DNA of 64,000 nt from Patescibacteria group bacterium (lineage in GTDB: Bacteria > Patescibacteriota > Minisyncoccia > Phycocordibacterales > Phycocordibacteraceae): positions 119,642 to 183,641 of the forward strand of contig JAZKAU010000002.1 of the NCBI GenBank assembly GCA_040388985.1, given 5' to 3'. Position 1 is the first letter of the stretch. Each line of letters begins with the position of its first letter. The position numbers and the translations under genes are program-made. Positions 1-10,399 of this stretch are shown here, in pieces. The notes under the pieces were generated by a model. The model was not told where the DNA came from. It did no database searches and saw only the letters and a list, made by a program, of their open reading frames with translations.

Positions 1-429
1 TGGGGCGGGCTGGACTTGCGCTGCGGCGACTTGCATGACCGGTACTTCGACCGGCGTTGGCGCGCTTGCAGGCGGAGCTTTAGGAGCAGCTTGCGGCTCG
101 CGAAGCTCCTGCTCGCGAAGCCTCTTGAATACCTGCTCGTTCACGTCATTCGTGAGTCCCTGAACTGTGTCCGTACCGATTCCGGCATTTCGTAAGTCCT
201 GTACGAATTCGTCCGGAGTATCTACCCCAAGCAGCATGTATACGTAGGCGCGTTCAAAGGCGGCCGCTTGGTCGGCGTGGAGATTGTATTTCTGAGTCAG
301 CCGGAGTGATACTGCATCGCGTTCGGGACTCGTGAGGAAGTCTCGGACAGGCGCTGGGAGTGCGCCCACAAGGACACTAACTTTCTCCTCGAATGAAAGG
401 TCGTCGATGTTCGGTGAGTCGTCAGGCAT
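1..429 (-). CDS. Hypothetical protein, partial (runs off the window start)
   Basis: ATG at 429 (minus strand) opens MPDDSPNIDDLSFEEKVSVLVGALPAPVRDFLTSPERD..., with no stop before position 1; becomes Pro/Ala-rich. Not in the ORF track. Confidence 0.7.
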   Translation of the reverse strand, partial: MPDDSPNIDDLSFEEKVSVLVGALPAPVRDFLTSPERDAVSLRLTQKYNLHADQAAAFERAYVYMLLGVDTPDEFVQDLRNAGIGTDTVQGLTNDVNEQVFKRLREQELREPQAAPKAPPASAPTPVEVPVMQVAAAQVQPAP

Positions 430-447
430 ACTGGGGATTATTGTACC

Positions 448-2988
448 TTAGTGGGCAGGCGCCGCATGATCTGCAGCATCGTGTGCTTCTTCGTGTGCTT
501 CGTGAAGTTCATGCTCTATGTGCTCGAGCGTGTGTCCAGTATCGTGACCGCTTTCCTTAAGATATTTTAGTATCTTATCGAGGCCTTTCTCGGTAGGGTC
601 TTTCTTGATCTCCTTACTTATCGCGGCGATTGCCTGCCTATTAGCCATAAACGTAGCATTTATAACCCTCTTGAAATGACGGTTATCTACGTTATTGAGA
701 GGAGCGGAAAAAGGACCGCCGAGATTTGCTGCATAGCGTTGCTGCTGCTGCTTCGCATCCATCTGTATACGACCACCTTCGCGAGCGCTCTTTTCTGCCG
801 CCCTAGCTGCAGCAAGCTTATTAGTCTCTTCCGTGAGCTTAGCCTCAGCCGCCGCTTCTTCTTTTTGGCGTTCTTCAAGTATCTTTTCTTGCGCTTCGAG
901 GCTCTTCTTAAGACCTGGAATACCAGGGTTGTTTGTAGCAAGCCTCCGGGCCTCCTCCACTTTCTGTTCCTCTGCCTCTCTGCTGGTAACAGCATCTTGA
1001 TGAGCCGAACTCGCCGCATTTGTCGCTTCCAGTTGCGTGGTGGTCTCTCCAGAGATCTTAGCGATGCGCGCTTCGTAATCCTTCTTGCCCTCCGTACCGC
1101 CCTTCAAGCTCTCTGCGTATTCGGTGCGCGCTTCTTTCGCCTTCTTTACGGAACCCGCGAAGCCACCCTTCTGCGCTCCGCCGAAGTCTATGCCGCCCAG
1201 AGCTTTGCCGCCGGCACCCTTGGCAGCGCCCTGGAACGCCTTAGTTCCGCGCAGGTCGAAGCTAGCCTTTGCCCCCTTGTCTCCGATGAGCGCGAGACGT
1301 CTGCCGGTCTCGGTCGCTCCAAGCCTTGAATTCCGTATGGCTTGCGAGAATGCGGAACCGCCGCGGCCGATGGTCTGCCGGGCACCCCAGGCACTAAGCC
1401 CGAGGGTCGCTCCACCCGTCATCTTGCCGGCCGTGCTTATGGCGAAGCTCGCGCCCGCTGCCCCGAATTTCTTCGCGGCAATGAGCGAGGCCATCATGAA
1501 TCCGGTAACCAGAACGAATATCATGATGATGCCCATGACCGAGGCACCTGGCTGAGTGATGGCAGCAGCGAGGCTCTGCCGGGTATCGGATCCCGCGAAG
1601 CCATCGGTTATCTTAAGGCTCACGAATATGAGCAGTATCAGTATGGGGGCGAAGAACGACTGGTGTAGAAGAGTATTCCACCACTGCTCCCCCATCTTCT
1701 TGAGCGGCGGCACGGCCATGGCAGCGAAGCCTATGGGCGCGAATATCATGAGGAAGGTAAGCGTTATGGCACGTATGGCGAGCATGATGGCAGTCGAGAA
1801 CAGGACTACGGCACCTATGGTCGCAAACAGAGCCATACCCACGAGCGCCGAAGCTTTTATATTCGGGTCGCTATTCTGACTCACCGCGTACATCGAGCTA
1901 AGGCCCGTGGCCTGCATGATATGCCCGGCGATACCGTAGTTCTCGGAACATTGCTCTGCTGTCTGTCCGGCCGTCCCCGATTCAGCGACGTTCCCGCTCG
2001 CTACTCCTGCACACGGGTCCGTATTCGCCTGGCTATAGAAGACGGCGGAGAGCACGTTCGAGCTATCGATGACCGCTTCAGCTGCGAAGAGGCTGAAGTT
2101 CATGAGAATGGCGAAGATGATAAGCCGCGGAAGCGCCTTCTTCGCGGTATAGGTATGCAGATCGAGAATGGTCGCAAGGCCGATGAATATGAATCCGAAG
2201 AGCAGGATCATGTTCCCGATGTCGCGCAGGATGCCCCAGGCGATGAGGAGGCCGGGCGAATTCCCCATGAGGTCCGAGAACTTAAAGACCGTCTTCACCA
2301 CCACCCAGTTGAGCAACGTGCCGGCGATGCCCAGCATGAAGTTCGCTATCTCAAGAATGAGGTAGGCAACAGCACTTATTGCTCGTGAAACGACATCCGA
2401 AGCGGTGCTGATAGCCTGATTCGCCAGCCTCTGACCTGAGCTGACTTCCTCAGCCGGAGCAGCCTCTACGCCAGCTGCGTTGTAGTGATGTATCTGTTGC
2501 GGCGCAGTGAAAAGACCTTGGCTGTAGTAAGTATCATAGCTGCCATCCCCGTGGGTCATTACACAGCTGTAGGCATTCTGGACAGGTGTAAAGGACAGAG
2601 ATACGACTCGGGCTGCCCTACACTTCACCGTGTCTCCCGCGGAAAAGATGGCACCGGCAAAATTTGGAACAGTACCTGCAGCTGTGGCCTTGAAGCCGCA
2701 GGTATATTTAAGTCCGACAAAGCCGAGTCCATTGCCAAAATTATTCGGAAGACAGCTTTCAGCAATATCATCCGGGATGTTGATGCTGGTATAGGTGGCC
2801 GGCTTGCTCCCGGTCCCGGTCCCGCTATCGGGGGTTATGTAATACAGGGCACAGTCCTTTTGTAGGCATGTAGGTGTGGATGCGGTCGATGTTCCTGCCG
2901 CATGCGCCACTGGACCCAAGAAGAAGATGCTTCCGAGCGCGAGAACGCCCAGATACAGGAGCGGAAGATTTTTTAGGGAAATCCGCAT
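448..2988 (-). CDS. Large polytopic membrane protein, VirB6/TrbL-like, with coiled coil and His-rich tail
   Basis: Signal peptide; multi-TM core (W..LRDIGN..LLFGFIFIGLATIL; LIIFAILMNFSLF; FLMIFAPIGF..W..LL..SFFAP) resembling CPR TrbL/VirB6-like proteins; Gly/Ala-rich then coiled-coil region. Start placed at MRISLK. Confidence 0.65.
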   Translation of the reverse strand: MRISLKNLPLLYLGVLALGSIFFLGPVAHAAGTSTASTPTCLQKDCALYYITPDSGTGTGSKPATYTSINIPDDIAESCLPNNFGNGLGFVGLKYTCGFKATAAGTVPNFAGAIFSAGDTVKCRAARVVSLSFTPVQNAYSCVMTHGDGSYDTYYSQGLFTAPQQIHHYNAAGVEAAPAEEVSSGQRLANQAISTASDVVSRAISAVAYLILEIANFMLGIAGTLLNWVVVKTVFKFSDLMGNSPGLLIAWGILRDIGNMILLFGFIFIGLATILDLHTYTAKKALPRLIIFAILMNFSLFAAEAVIDSSNVLSAVFYSQANTDPCAGVASGNVAESGTAGQTAEQCSENYGIAGHIMQATGLSSMYAVSQNSDPNIKASALVGMALFATIGAVVLFSTAIMLAIRAITLTFLMIFAPIGFAAMAVPPLKKMGEQWWNTLLHQSFFAPILILLIFVSLKITDGFAGSDTRQSLAAAITQPGASVMGIIMIFVLVTGFMMASLIAAKKFGAAGASFAISTAGKMTGGATLGLSAWGARQTIGRGGSAFSQAIRNSRLGATETGRRLALIGDKGAKASFDLRGTKAFQGAAKGAGGKALGGIDFGGAQKGGFAGSVKKAKEARTEYAESLKGGTEGKKDYEARIAKISGETTTQLEATNAASSAHQDAVTSREAEEQKVEEARRLATNNPGIPGLKKSLEAQEKILEERQKEEAAAEAKLTEETNKLAAARAAEKSAREGGRIQMDAKQQQQRYAANLGGPFSAPLNNVDNRHFKRVINATFMANRQAIAAISKEIKKDPTEKGLDKILKYLKESGHDTGHTLEHIEHELHEAHEEAHDAADHAAPAH

Positions 2989-2996
2989 AGGAGTTC

Positions 2997-4598
2997 TTAT
3001 CCGCCGCTCGTCGCGCACGACTTCTGAAGGTCGACCATCTGGCCATAGAGACTGTCGCTCGAAGCGCTCGATTCGGAGGCAGCTTCCTGCTCATCAGCGT
3101 CGTTGGGGGAAGTTTTCAGGTACCCGTTATATTCGATAGTGATGGCGCTGATAGCGGTAGAGTTGTTTGCGCTCAGTGACGTCTTGGTCGCCTGTATCTC
3201 CGAACTGATCTTGTCGATGGACGCGAGCGCCTGCGTCGCCTTCGAGATTGCCTTTGACGCCCGGTCGCTCGCCGCCGCTATCTCGGGACGTACTCCGCAT
3301 TTCTGTTGCGCCGCTTGCGTTGCGCTCTGTATCTTCTCCCAATCCGCCTCGTACACGACGATGTTCTGTCTATCCAGCGTCAGCTGCTGCAAGATGCCGT
3401 CAGAAAGGCTCGTGTTGAGCGTAGTGTAGTCGCTGCCGTTGGTTGCTTGGCTCAGGTACGATGCTCCTCCCCCTGCCGACGGCTGGGACACGCCTGACAA
3501 GCCGCCGCTTCCAAGTACTTGGTTCACGAGCTGGCCCACAAGCGCGCCGACGATCTCGTTGATGGAGTCGGCTAGTTCGAGCTGACGGATACCCGAGCCA
3601 AGCGCACCTTCGAGCTGACTCTCGATGACGGATCCCGGCGTCTTGATCGAGTTGAACGGACACTTCTCGGTCAGCTTTAGCGAGATCGCGTCCGTCTTCG
3701 AGTTTCCGGTACTTGCCGGACAATCCCCTCTCCACGGCAGGAACCCCTTACCCCAACCGATCTCGTCCTTGCGTTGCTGCGCCGCCTGATCTATCTGCGC
3801 CCAGAGCTGATTGCTCGCGAGCTTATAGGCGCCGAACGGGTTGTTCGCCGGGTTCTGAGTCGCGGAGAAGAACGCGTTGAAACCGCCCTTAGAGAAGTCT
3901 CCTCCTTGCACGAAGGCCTTAGGATCCTGACTCTGCTGACCGAGCGTATAGTTGAGTCCCCAGCTCCCGGTCGTGCGATAGTATTCTGCTCTCAGCTGTT
4001 GGTTTATCTGGTCCTGGAACGGGGACGTGAGATTAAAGCCGGTCTGTTTCTGCACTTCCGTATTCAAGTGAGTGAAGAAATCGTCTGCGACCGCGTCCCC
4101 AAGATTTTGCAGGTTAGCCTTCAGATCGCTCACGAAGGCAGGAGAGCCTTGGAAGCCGGAATTTATCCAGTTGACGGTGCTACGCGTTATCGATTGAACG
4201 GCAACCTTGGCAACGCTCCAAGCTATCGCATCGAGCGAGCATTTTATAGTATTTTGATATGAGGTATTGGCTGCAACGGTAGTATTGGCGGCTAGGTTCG
4301 CGGTTTCAATGAGGCCTAGCGCCGCATCATGCACAGGGAAGCCGCTGGCTACTCCCGCAGCGTCTACTGCTGTTCCGCCTGCCGCTCCTCCCACCGCAGC
4401 TCCGCCTCCAATCAATGCAGATAAACCGCAAACCGCAGCTGACCCGGCAGCTTGGGCTGCTGAGTCACTTATCACGTTCCCTCCTCCCCCTGTCTGCGCA
4501 TGCGCCGTAAGCGGCTGGTACGCGAATATCGAAGAAATCAAAAGAGTCGCCGCTAAGAACGCACCCAGCTGATGTCGTATATGCGTAGTCATGGTCAT
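2997..4598 (-). CDS. Secreted/membrane hypothetical protein
   Basis: 533-aa ORF, AHA signal peptide, 'SITRSTVNWINSGFQGSPAFV' block; in an operon with its neighbours. Confidence 0.7.
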   Translation of the reverse strand: MTMTTHIRHQLGAFLAATLLISSIFAYQPLTAHAQTGGGGNVISDSAAQAAGSAAVCGLSALIGGGAAVGGAAGGTAVDAAGVASGFPVHDAALGLIETANLAANTTVAANTSYQNTIKCSLDAIAWSVAKVAVQSITRSTVNWINSGFQGSPAFVSDLKANLQNLGDAVADDFFTHLNTEVQKQTGFNLTSPFQDQINQQLRAEYYRTTGSWGLNYTLGQQSQDPKAFVQGGDFSKGGFNAFFSATQNPANNPFGAYKLASNQLWAQIDQAAQQRKDEIGWGKGFLPWRGDCPASTGNSKTDAISLKLTEKCPFNSIKTPGSVIESQLEGALGSGIRQLELADSINEIVGALVGQLVNQVLGSGGLSGVSQPSAGGGASYLSQATNGSDYTTLNTSLSDGILQQLTLDRQNIVVYEADWEKIQSATQAAQQKCGVRPEIAAASDRASKAISKATQALASIDKISSEIQATKTSLSANNSTAISAITIEYNGYLKTSPNDADEQEAASESSASSDSLYGQMVDLQKSCATSGG

Positions 4599-5599
4599 GA
4601 GTTCTGCAGGCGTGCCAGTCCGATGAGTAGGTACCCAGGCTCGCCTTCCTGCGGTTCGCCCCCTACCAGGATCACGTTTGCGAGAGAGCTTAGGGCTGCA
4701 GAGAATGATCCTGCCGAACCGGTATAGGTCGATAGTGCGCCCATAGTCGCAAGCGGATCTTTCTCATAGTCGCTGACTATCCTCGTCGCTTTCGCGAGTT
4801 CATCCAAAGAACGTACAAGTTTCACGTGTGAATCTACGAGCGATGGCGGTACCTGCGCGTCCCGCAGATCCTGCGCCATGGCCGCATATGCGTTCGATAC
4901 CTTCACGAGTTTCGAAGCCGCGCTCTTGTCATTTTCTTCGATGACCTTCCCTATGAGTAATAACGGATTTCCTCCGTCATCTTTAATATCGTGCGCTCCC
5001 AGAGTACTTTCTACGGTAGCTGCATATTGCAAAACGGAAGTGGAAGTATTGGTATGCACCGAAACCGAAGCATAGGTCGAGGACAGTGCTTCCCCGGCTT
5101 TGGCGCTGAACTCGCCTAGTAGTTTTGTGACAAGCGCTTGTTGCGCTTCCTCAGTCATTGGCTGCCCATTGCTTGCCGCGACATATTCCTTGAGGAATTC
5201 TTTGGAGAATTCGTCCGTGATGCTGCCTGGAGCAGCTGCAGTAACAGGAATATCGGCGTCCGTGAGAGTAGTCGTTCCCTGCTGGTCTGACGGAAGCTGT
5301 GAGGCGAGGGCATTCGGAGTCAGCAAGCCTCTACGGGCTGCGTCTCCGTCGGATATGCCGTCGCCGTCAGTATCTGCCTTGTTAGGATCGGTTCCATAGA
5401 GGGCCTCCTGCCAGTCAGGAAGACCGTCCCCGTCTGTGTCTTTCGAGGCATACGCCTTCAAAAGTGCATCGGTCGACTCAGCACTCGCGGTCTTGCTTGA
5501 AAGGAAGGAAGGACCTGACAGGACATAGGAGGCCGCAACGAATAAGAGCGCCAATAGAGATGCACCACCAATGCGAAGCGTACGTTCAGAAAGTCTCAT
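4595..5599 (-). CDS. Membrane-anchored protein with Ca-binding thrombospondin type-3-like DxDxDG repeats
   Basis: N-terminal TM; DTDGDGLPDWQEALYGTDPNKADTDGDGISDG. Confidence 0.75.
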   Translation of the reverse strand: MRLSERTLRIGGASLLALLFVAASYVLSGPSFLSSKTASAESTDALLKAYASKDTDGDGLPDWQEALYGTDPNKADTDGDGISDGDAARRGLLTPNALASQLPSDQQGTTTLTDADIPVTAAAPGSITDEFSKEFLKEYVAASNGQPMTEEAQQALVTKLLGEFSAKAGEALSSTYASVSVHTNTSTSVLQYAATVESTLGAHDIKDDGGNPLLLIGKVIEENDKSAASKLVKVSNAYAAMAQDLRDAQVPPSLVDSHVKLVRSLDELAKATRIVSDYEKDPLATMGALSTYTGSAGSFSAALSSLANVILVGGEPQEGEPGYLLIGLARLQNS

Positions 5600-5665
5600 A
5601 AAAGCTAAAGAAATAGTAGCATGAACGCACAATTAAGACGGAATACCCTATATAGGATATGTGCA

Positions 5666-6460
5666 TTACTTTCTGAGCTTTCGAGCCGTATGTGCGAGCC
5701 TCTTCCAGGACGCCAAATCCACATCCTCCGATCGCGCGTCAGGCATCACCCCTGCCTCTTGGAGGAGCGTTTTCGCTGCCTCGCCAGATACGAGCGCTTC
5801 GAGATTCTTCGCTAAGCGCTTGCGCTTATGCGCGAAGCCCGCCTTAAGCACCTCGAAGAAGGCTTCTTCGTCTGCAAGGCTTTCAAAGCAGTCGCCACGA
5901 ATGTCTTGTATGGAGAGTACTGCAGAGTCGACGTTCGGCGCGGGGCGGAAGGCTCCGCGCGGAACTGTAAAGGCGTATGTGGGCGTACCGTACGCCTTTA
6001 CCGAAAGCGAGAGGATGCTCTCTTTCCCGCGCGACCGCGCGACACGCTCGGCAACCTCCTTCTGTACCAGGACCGTCATCGAATACGGTTTGTGAGGAGC
6101 GGTGAGGAACATGCGCATGATCTCCCCGGTTATGTAGTACGGGATATTCGCGACAAGGCCATAGGAGCCTGTAATACGAGCGGGATCGAAGGTACGGATG
6201 TCCGCATGGACAAGCTCAAGCCTTCCCTTTTCGATCTCATCCGCGAATGTTTCGGCAAGCTCGGGGATCAGTTGATCGTCCGCTTCGACCGCGATTACTC
6301 GTGCCGCCTTCGCCAGTAGCGCACGGGTGAGCATACCGGTCCCGGGACCTATCTCGAGCACCGTCGCGTTCTCTGGAAGATTCGCAACCATAACGATGCG
6401 CTCCGCGATCCTCGGGTGCATGAGAAAGTTCTGTCCGAGTGATTTCTTAGGATGTCCCAT
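5666..6460 (-). CDS. rsmA: 16S rRNA m6,2A dimethyltransferase
   Basis: KKSLGQNFL, VLEIGPGTGMLT, VANIPYYIT, F.PAPNVDSAV motifs. Confidence 0.97.
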   Translation of the reverse strand: MGHPKKSLGQNFLMHPRIAERIVMVANLPENATVLEIGPGTGMLTRALLAKAARVIAVEADDQLIPELAETFADEIEKGRLELVHADIRTFDPARITGSYGLVANIPYYITGEIMRMFLTAPHKPYSMTVLVQKEVAERVARSRGKESILSLSVKAYGTPTYAFTVPRGAFRPAPNVDSAVLSIQDIRGDCFESLADEEAFFEVLKAGFAHKRKRLAKNLEALVSGEAAKTLLQEAGVMPDARSEDVDLASWKRLAHTARKLRK

Positions 6461-6466
6461 GTCTCT

Positions 6467-6592
6467 TGAGTGTGCTCAAAAATCCCTCAGATGCAAGGCG
6501 CGAGAAGTTCGACGAATGAGCCGTACTCCGCCGTACGGTGAAGAGGAGAACTGAGCGGCAACGCAGCAGATGAGGATTTTGGAGTATACTCA
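6467..6592. repeat. Palindromic intergenic element, family B copy 1
   Basis: Imperfect terminal IR TGAGTGTGCTCAAAAATCC / GGATTTTGGAGTATACTCA; core CAGATGCAAGGCGCGAG...GAGCCGTAC...GTACGGTGA...GCAACGCAGCAGATG; homologous to 27426-27552. Confidence 0.7.
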
Positions 6593-8566
6593 CGCCTCGA
6601 TGATGTTCTCCGCGCCGTATTCATCCGCTTCGTCGTATTCGATAAGGAGCGGATCGATGTCTCGCAGGAACGATGACGGTTCGGAAAGGTAGTCCGTACC
6701 GTAAATGCGACGGATGCGCGCGAGCGTAAGGATAAGTCGCTTCTTGGCGCGCGTCACCGCGACATAGAAGAGACGGCGTTCTTCTTCCTCGTCCCGATTC
6801 TCGTCCGAAGCATTGCCCATGCCTTCGTGCGGGAAGAGACCTTCCTCAAGTCCGGTCACGAACACCGTATCGAACTCCAGCCCCTTAGCCGCATGCACGG
6901 TCATGAGCGTCACGCCCTTCTTCTTCTCACCGCTTTCGGTCGGGCGATCCATCTCGTCCTGGTCTCCGGCGAGCGCTGCTTCTGCAAGGAATGCGCTCAG
7001 GCCTTCGAGTCCCGGCTGTCCGTCATGCCGGCTCGCGAGCGTACCGAGCTCTTTCGCGTTCTCGAGCCGTTCCTGTCCGTCCTCGCCTTCCTTTAGGAGT
7101 GCACTTTCAAGTCCGCTGCGCTCGATCACGAGCTTCACGAACTCGGAAGGCACGAGCGTCTGCGCCGCTTCCTGCAGTCCTCCCAAAAGCGCCTCAAAGC
7201 TATCTATCTTGGCCCTGTCGCTCGCGCGAAGCTCGTCCCGTTTGCCGGCCAGGAGCTTCCCGAGCGTCACCTTCCCGATGCCGCGCGGCGGCGACTGGAC
7301 CGCGCGCATGCGATCAACTTCCCGGCTCGGATCAAGCGCGAGCCGTATCCACGCCAGTACGTCTTTCACCTCCTTCCGATCGAAGAAGCGGGTGCCGAGG
7401 AGTCGATACGGAATGCCCGCGTGTAGGAACGCTTCCTCAAGCGCACGCGATTGGAAATTCGTTCGGAAAAGCACCGCGATCTCTTCGGCTCTCGTACCTC
7501 TGTCGAGCGCACGCGCCGCTTCGCGTGCTACCCACCGCGCTTCCGCCTCCGCATTTGTCGCCGGATGTATCTTGATCCGTTCGCCGTCCGGGTTATCGGT
7601 GACCGCATGCTTGTCCTTGCGATTGCGATTCTTCTCGATTATTTCGTTTGCTGCGCTCACGATGGTCTGCGTGGAACGGTAATTATGTTCGAGCACGATG
7701 TGCTTCGCGTTCTCGTACGTCTCTTCGAACTTTAGGAGGTTGTCGATAGTCGCTCCGCGCCAGGTATATATCGACTGATCGATATCGCCCACGACGAAGA
7801 GGTTACGCCTGTCTCCGGCGATAAGGTGCGCGAGCTTCCCCTGGAGTTCATTCGTGTCTTGGAACTCGTCGACATGCAGATGGCTGAAGCGCTCCTGCAC
7901 GCGAGCGCGCACCTCTTCGTGCTCCTGGAGGAGCCGCACGGGCAGCACGATGAGGTCGTCGAAGTCGAGCGACTTCTCGCGCTTCAAGGTCTCCTCATAG
8001 CGTATCCACGCTTCAGCGACGATGCGCGAACGGAAACTCTCTCGTCCGTGCTTCTCGCGGAACTGCTGGAGCGTCTGCCCTTCCCCTTTGGCCCTCGAGA
8101 TGCGGCCGAGTATCGCGCTCGGCGGCACTTCCTTCGGATCGACGTCGAGCGCCTTGAGCGCTTCGCGTATCGCGCTCTTCGAGTCGTCGCGATCGTAGAT
8201 AGTGAAGTGACGCGGAATGTCCATCACGCTGCCGTAGGTCTGCAGAAGTTCCCGGCCCAGCCCATGGAACGTAGCCACGAACGGAAGACCGTATGCGCCC
8301 GGCCTGCGGTCGCGTCCTGATTCGACCTTGAGCAATATCTGGAGACGTTCGCGCATCTCGCGCGCTGCCTTGTTCGTGAAGGTCACGGCGAGGATGCTCC
8401 CTGCAGGTATTCCCTGCCGTATGAGGTGATAGATGCGGGTGGTAAGCACCGAGGTCTTTCCTGACCCCGCTCCTGCGAGGACGGACACTGGTCCGTCGAC
8501 GGCGAGTACCGCTTCCTTCTGAGCCGGATTAAGGTGCGAAATATACTCAGGAGGAGATGAGGACAT
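6590..8566 (-). CDS. pcrA: ATP-dependent DNA helicase UvrD/PcrA
   Basis: LAGAGSGKT, VDEFQDTN, VGDIDQSIY.WRGA, NYRST, TVHAAKGLEF, EEERRLFYVAVTRAK. Start MSSSPP has TATAGT 6 nt upstream. Confidence 0.95.
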   Translation of the reverse strand: MSSSPPEYISHLNPAQKEAVLAVDGPVSVLAGAGSGKTSVLTTRIYHLIRQGIPAGSILAVTFTNKAAREMRERLQILLKVESGRDRRPGAYGLPFVATFHGLGRELLQTYGSVMDIPRHFTIYDRDDSKSAIREALKALDVDPKEVPPSAILGRISRAKGEGQTLQQFREKHGRESFRSRIVAEAWIRYEETLKREKSLDFDDLIVLPVRLLQEHEEVRARVQERFSHLHVDEFQDTNELQGKLAHLIAGDRRNLFVVGDIDQSIYTWRGATIDNLLKFEETYENAKHIVLEHNYRSTQTIVSAANEIIEKNRNRKDKHAVTDNPDGERIKIHPATNAEAEARWVAREAARALDRGTRAEEIAVLFRTNFQSRALEEAFLHAGIPYRLLGTRFFDRKEVKDVLAWIRLALDPSREVDRMRAVQSPPRGIGKVTLGKLLAGKRDELRASDRAKIDSFEALLGGLQEAAQTLVPSEFVKLVIERSGLESALLKEGEDGQERLENAKELGTLASRHDGQPGLEGLSAFLAEAALAGDQDEMDRPTESGEKKKGVTLMTVHAAKGLEFDTVFVTGLEEGLFPHEGMGNASDENRDEEEERRLFYVAVTRAKKRLILTLARIRRIYGTDYLSEPSSFLRDIDPLLIEYDEADEYGAENIIEA

Positions 8567-8703
8567 ATGCTGACTATACAAGAGCGTCTGAGGTATTGGA
8601 ACGTGCGCGGCGCACGAGCCAGCACGCGAGCGCACTTGCGAATGTATAAAAGTCGAACTCCGAGAAACGATCACGTCCCTCGGAGCCCAATCCCTGATGC
8701 TGG

Positions 8704-9078
8704 CTAACTCCAGTCGCCCTCGACGTCCCGGCACGTGTGCCAGGCGAAACCGCACACCAGCAGATGCCAGCCTAGGAACACAGCGTCGAACGCCAGGGCG
8801 ACCGAATCATGGCGCGGATCGAGGGACGCAATGGTGACGAAGGTGGAAAGCGTGAATCCCAGCAGTCCGAGCCACGCGTGTTCACCGATCTCGTCATGCG
8901 TGCCGATTTGGCGAAGCCGGTGGCTTAGATAGAGGGACGGCACGAAGAGAACGAGCGCCGACCCGATAAGATACAGGGTCACGGCAGTTCTCCCAGTTGT
9001 TTTGCCATTATATTCATACAACGAATATGGACAGTCAGTCAATAATCGGGTCTTCATACGTTCTCCACACTTCATCAA
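8704..9078 (-). CDS. Small hypothetical membrane protein (start uncertain)
   Basis: About three hydrophobic segments; divergent from the LysM/M23 gene. Confidence 0.5.
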   Translation of the reverse strand: MMKCGERMKTRLLTDCPYSLYEYNGKTTGRTAVTLYLIGSALVLFVPSLYLSHRLRQIGTHDEIGEHAWLGLLGFTLSTFVTIASLDPRHDSVALAFDAVFLGWHLLVCGFAWHTCRDVEGDWS

Positions 9079-9239
9079 TTGTCAAGAATTGACCCGCATC
9101 CTGGCCACGCTATACTTGCCAGGTTGATTGATACGACCGTACTCAAGAAATGGCCTAGGTAAGCCATTTTTGTATTCTGAAGATTGTCTGAAGAACCCTC
9201 ACCCTGTTTATTTTAAAGACCCCGAATCCTTCCCGCCAC

Positions 9240-10382
9240 ATGCCTTCGGGCACACGCAGGAACGCATATAAGGCTCTAGCGGTTGCCGGCTCATCGGCGC
9301 TTCTCCTGGGTACGATTTCGCTCCTCTCTCCCTCGACGCTCGGGGCATTTTTTCCGTTCGCTATCACGCACGCAGCTGATGGCGATACTCCGCTCCTCCA
9401 TGACCCGTCTCTCAACCTGCTCGAGGCTGCAATAAATTCTGATCCTAATCCGACCAAGGGCGACACGCTCCTTTCCCTCTCCGAAGGTTCGGCACTCATG
9501 AATACCTCAGGCCCTGACGGAACCATTCCTGCGGGTACGGCAGCCGAGAATCCTTCCGTAGGAGCCATTTCCGTATATACCGTCAAGAACGGCGACTCTA
9601 TCTCGGGCATCGCTGATCACTTCGGCGTTTCCGTGAACACCATCCTCTGGGCGAACGACCTCACTACCAAGAGCACCATCAAGCCTGGCATGTCGCTCGT
9701 GATCCTGCCGGTCTCGGGCACTCGTCATACGGTAGCCGAAGGAGAAACCCTTTCATCGATTGCCACGAAATTTCATGCCTCTACAAGCGAGATCGCAACT
9801 TTCAACGGTCTTGATACCGATGCGACCGTCGTCGTAGGTTCGACCCTGATCATTCCAGGAGGTGAAGCGGCGAATACTACTGCTCCTGCGCCTGCCAAGA
9901 AGAGCAGTGCAGCATCAAAGCCCGCTGCGACATCTGCGAAGAAGACGACAAGCAAGAGCACGACGAAGACTGGCAAGGACATCGGGGCAGCGTCCGCCGG
10001 TAGCGGCTACTACGAGAATCCTGTTCCTGGCGCGATCCTCTACCAGGGAATACACGGCAATAACGGCGTCGACCTTTCCGCACCGAGCGGCACACCGATA
10101 CATGCAGCAGCAGATGGCACCGTCATCATCTCGAAGGCCGACGGCGGATGGAATGGCGGTTATGGCTCCTATGTCGTCGTAAGCCATGCCAACGGCACGC
10201 AGACTCTGTATGCCCACATGAGCAAGGACATCGCGACCGTAGGCGAGACCGTCTCGAAGGGCGAACTTCTGGGCTACGTAGGCGAGACCGGCGAGGCTAC
10301 CGGCAATCACCTCCACTTCGAGGTCCGCGGCGCGAAGAATCCGTTCGGCTACTCGTGCACGCTGATGAAGAAGTGCTACTAG
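9240..10382 (+). CDS. LysM-repeat M23 family peptidase
   Basis: Two LysM repeats (YTVKNGDSISGIA, HTVAEGETLSSIA) plus M23 domain (NGVD, YAHM, TGNHLHFEVR). Confidence 0.92.
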   Translation: MPSGTRRNAYKALAVAGSSALLLGTISLLSPSTLGAFFPFAITHAADGDTPLLHDPSLNLLEAAINSDPNPTKGDTLLSLSEGSALMNTSGPDGTIPAGTAAENPSVGAISVYTVKNGDSISGIADHFGVSVNTILWANDLTTKSTIKPGMSLVILPVSGTRHTVAEGETLSSIATKFHASTSEIATFNGLDTDATVVVGSTLIIPGGEAANTTAPAPAKKSSAASKPAATSAKKTTSKSTTKTGKDIGAASAGSGYYENPVPGAILYQGIHGNNGVDLSAPSGTPIHAAADGTVIISKADGGWNGGYGSYVVVSHANGTQTLYAHMSKDIATVGETVSKGELLGYVGETGEATGNHLHFEVRGAKNPFGYSCTLMKKCY

Positions 10383-10399
10383 AGGTTCTCGAGGTTCTT

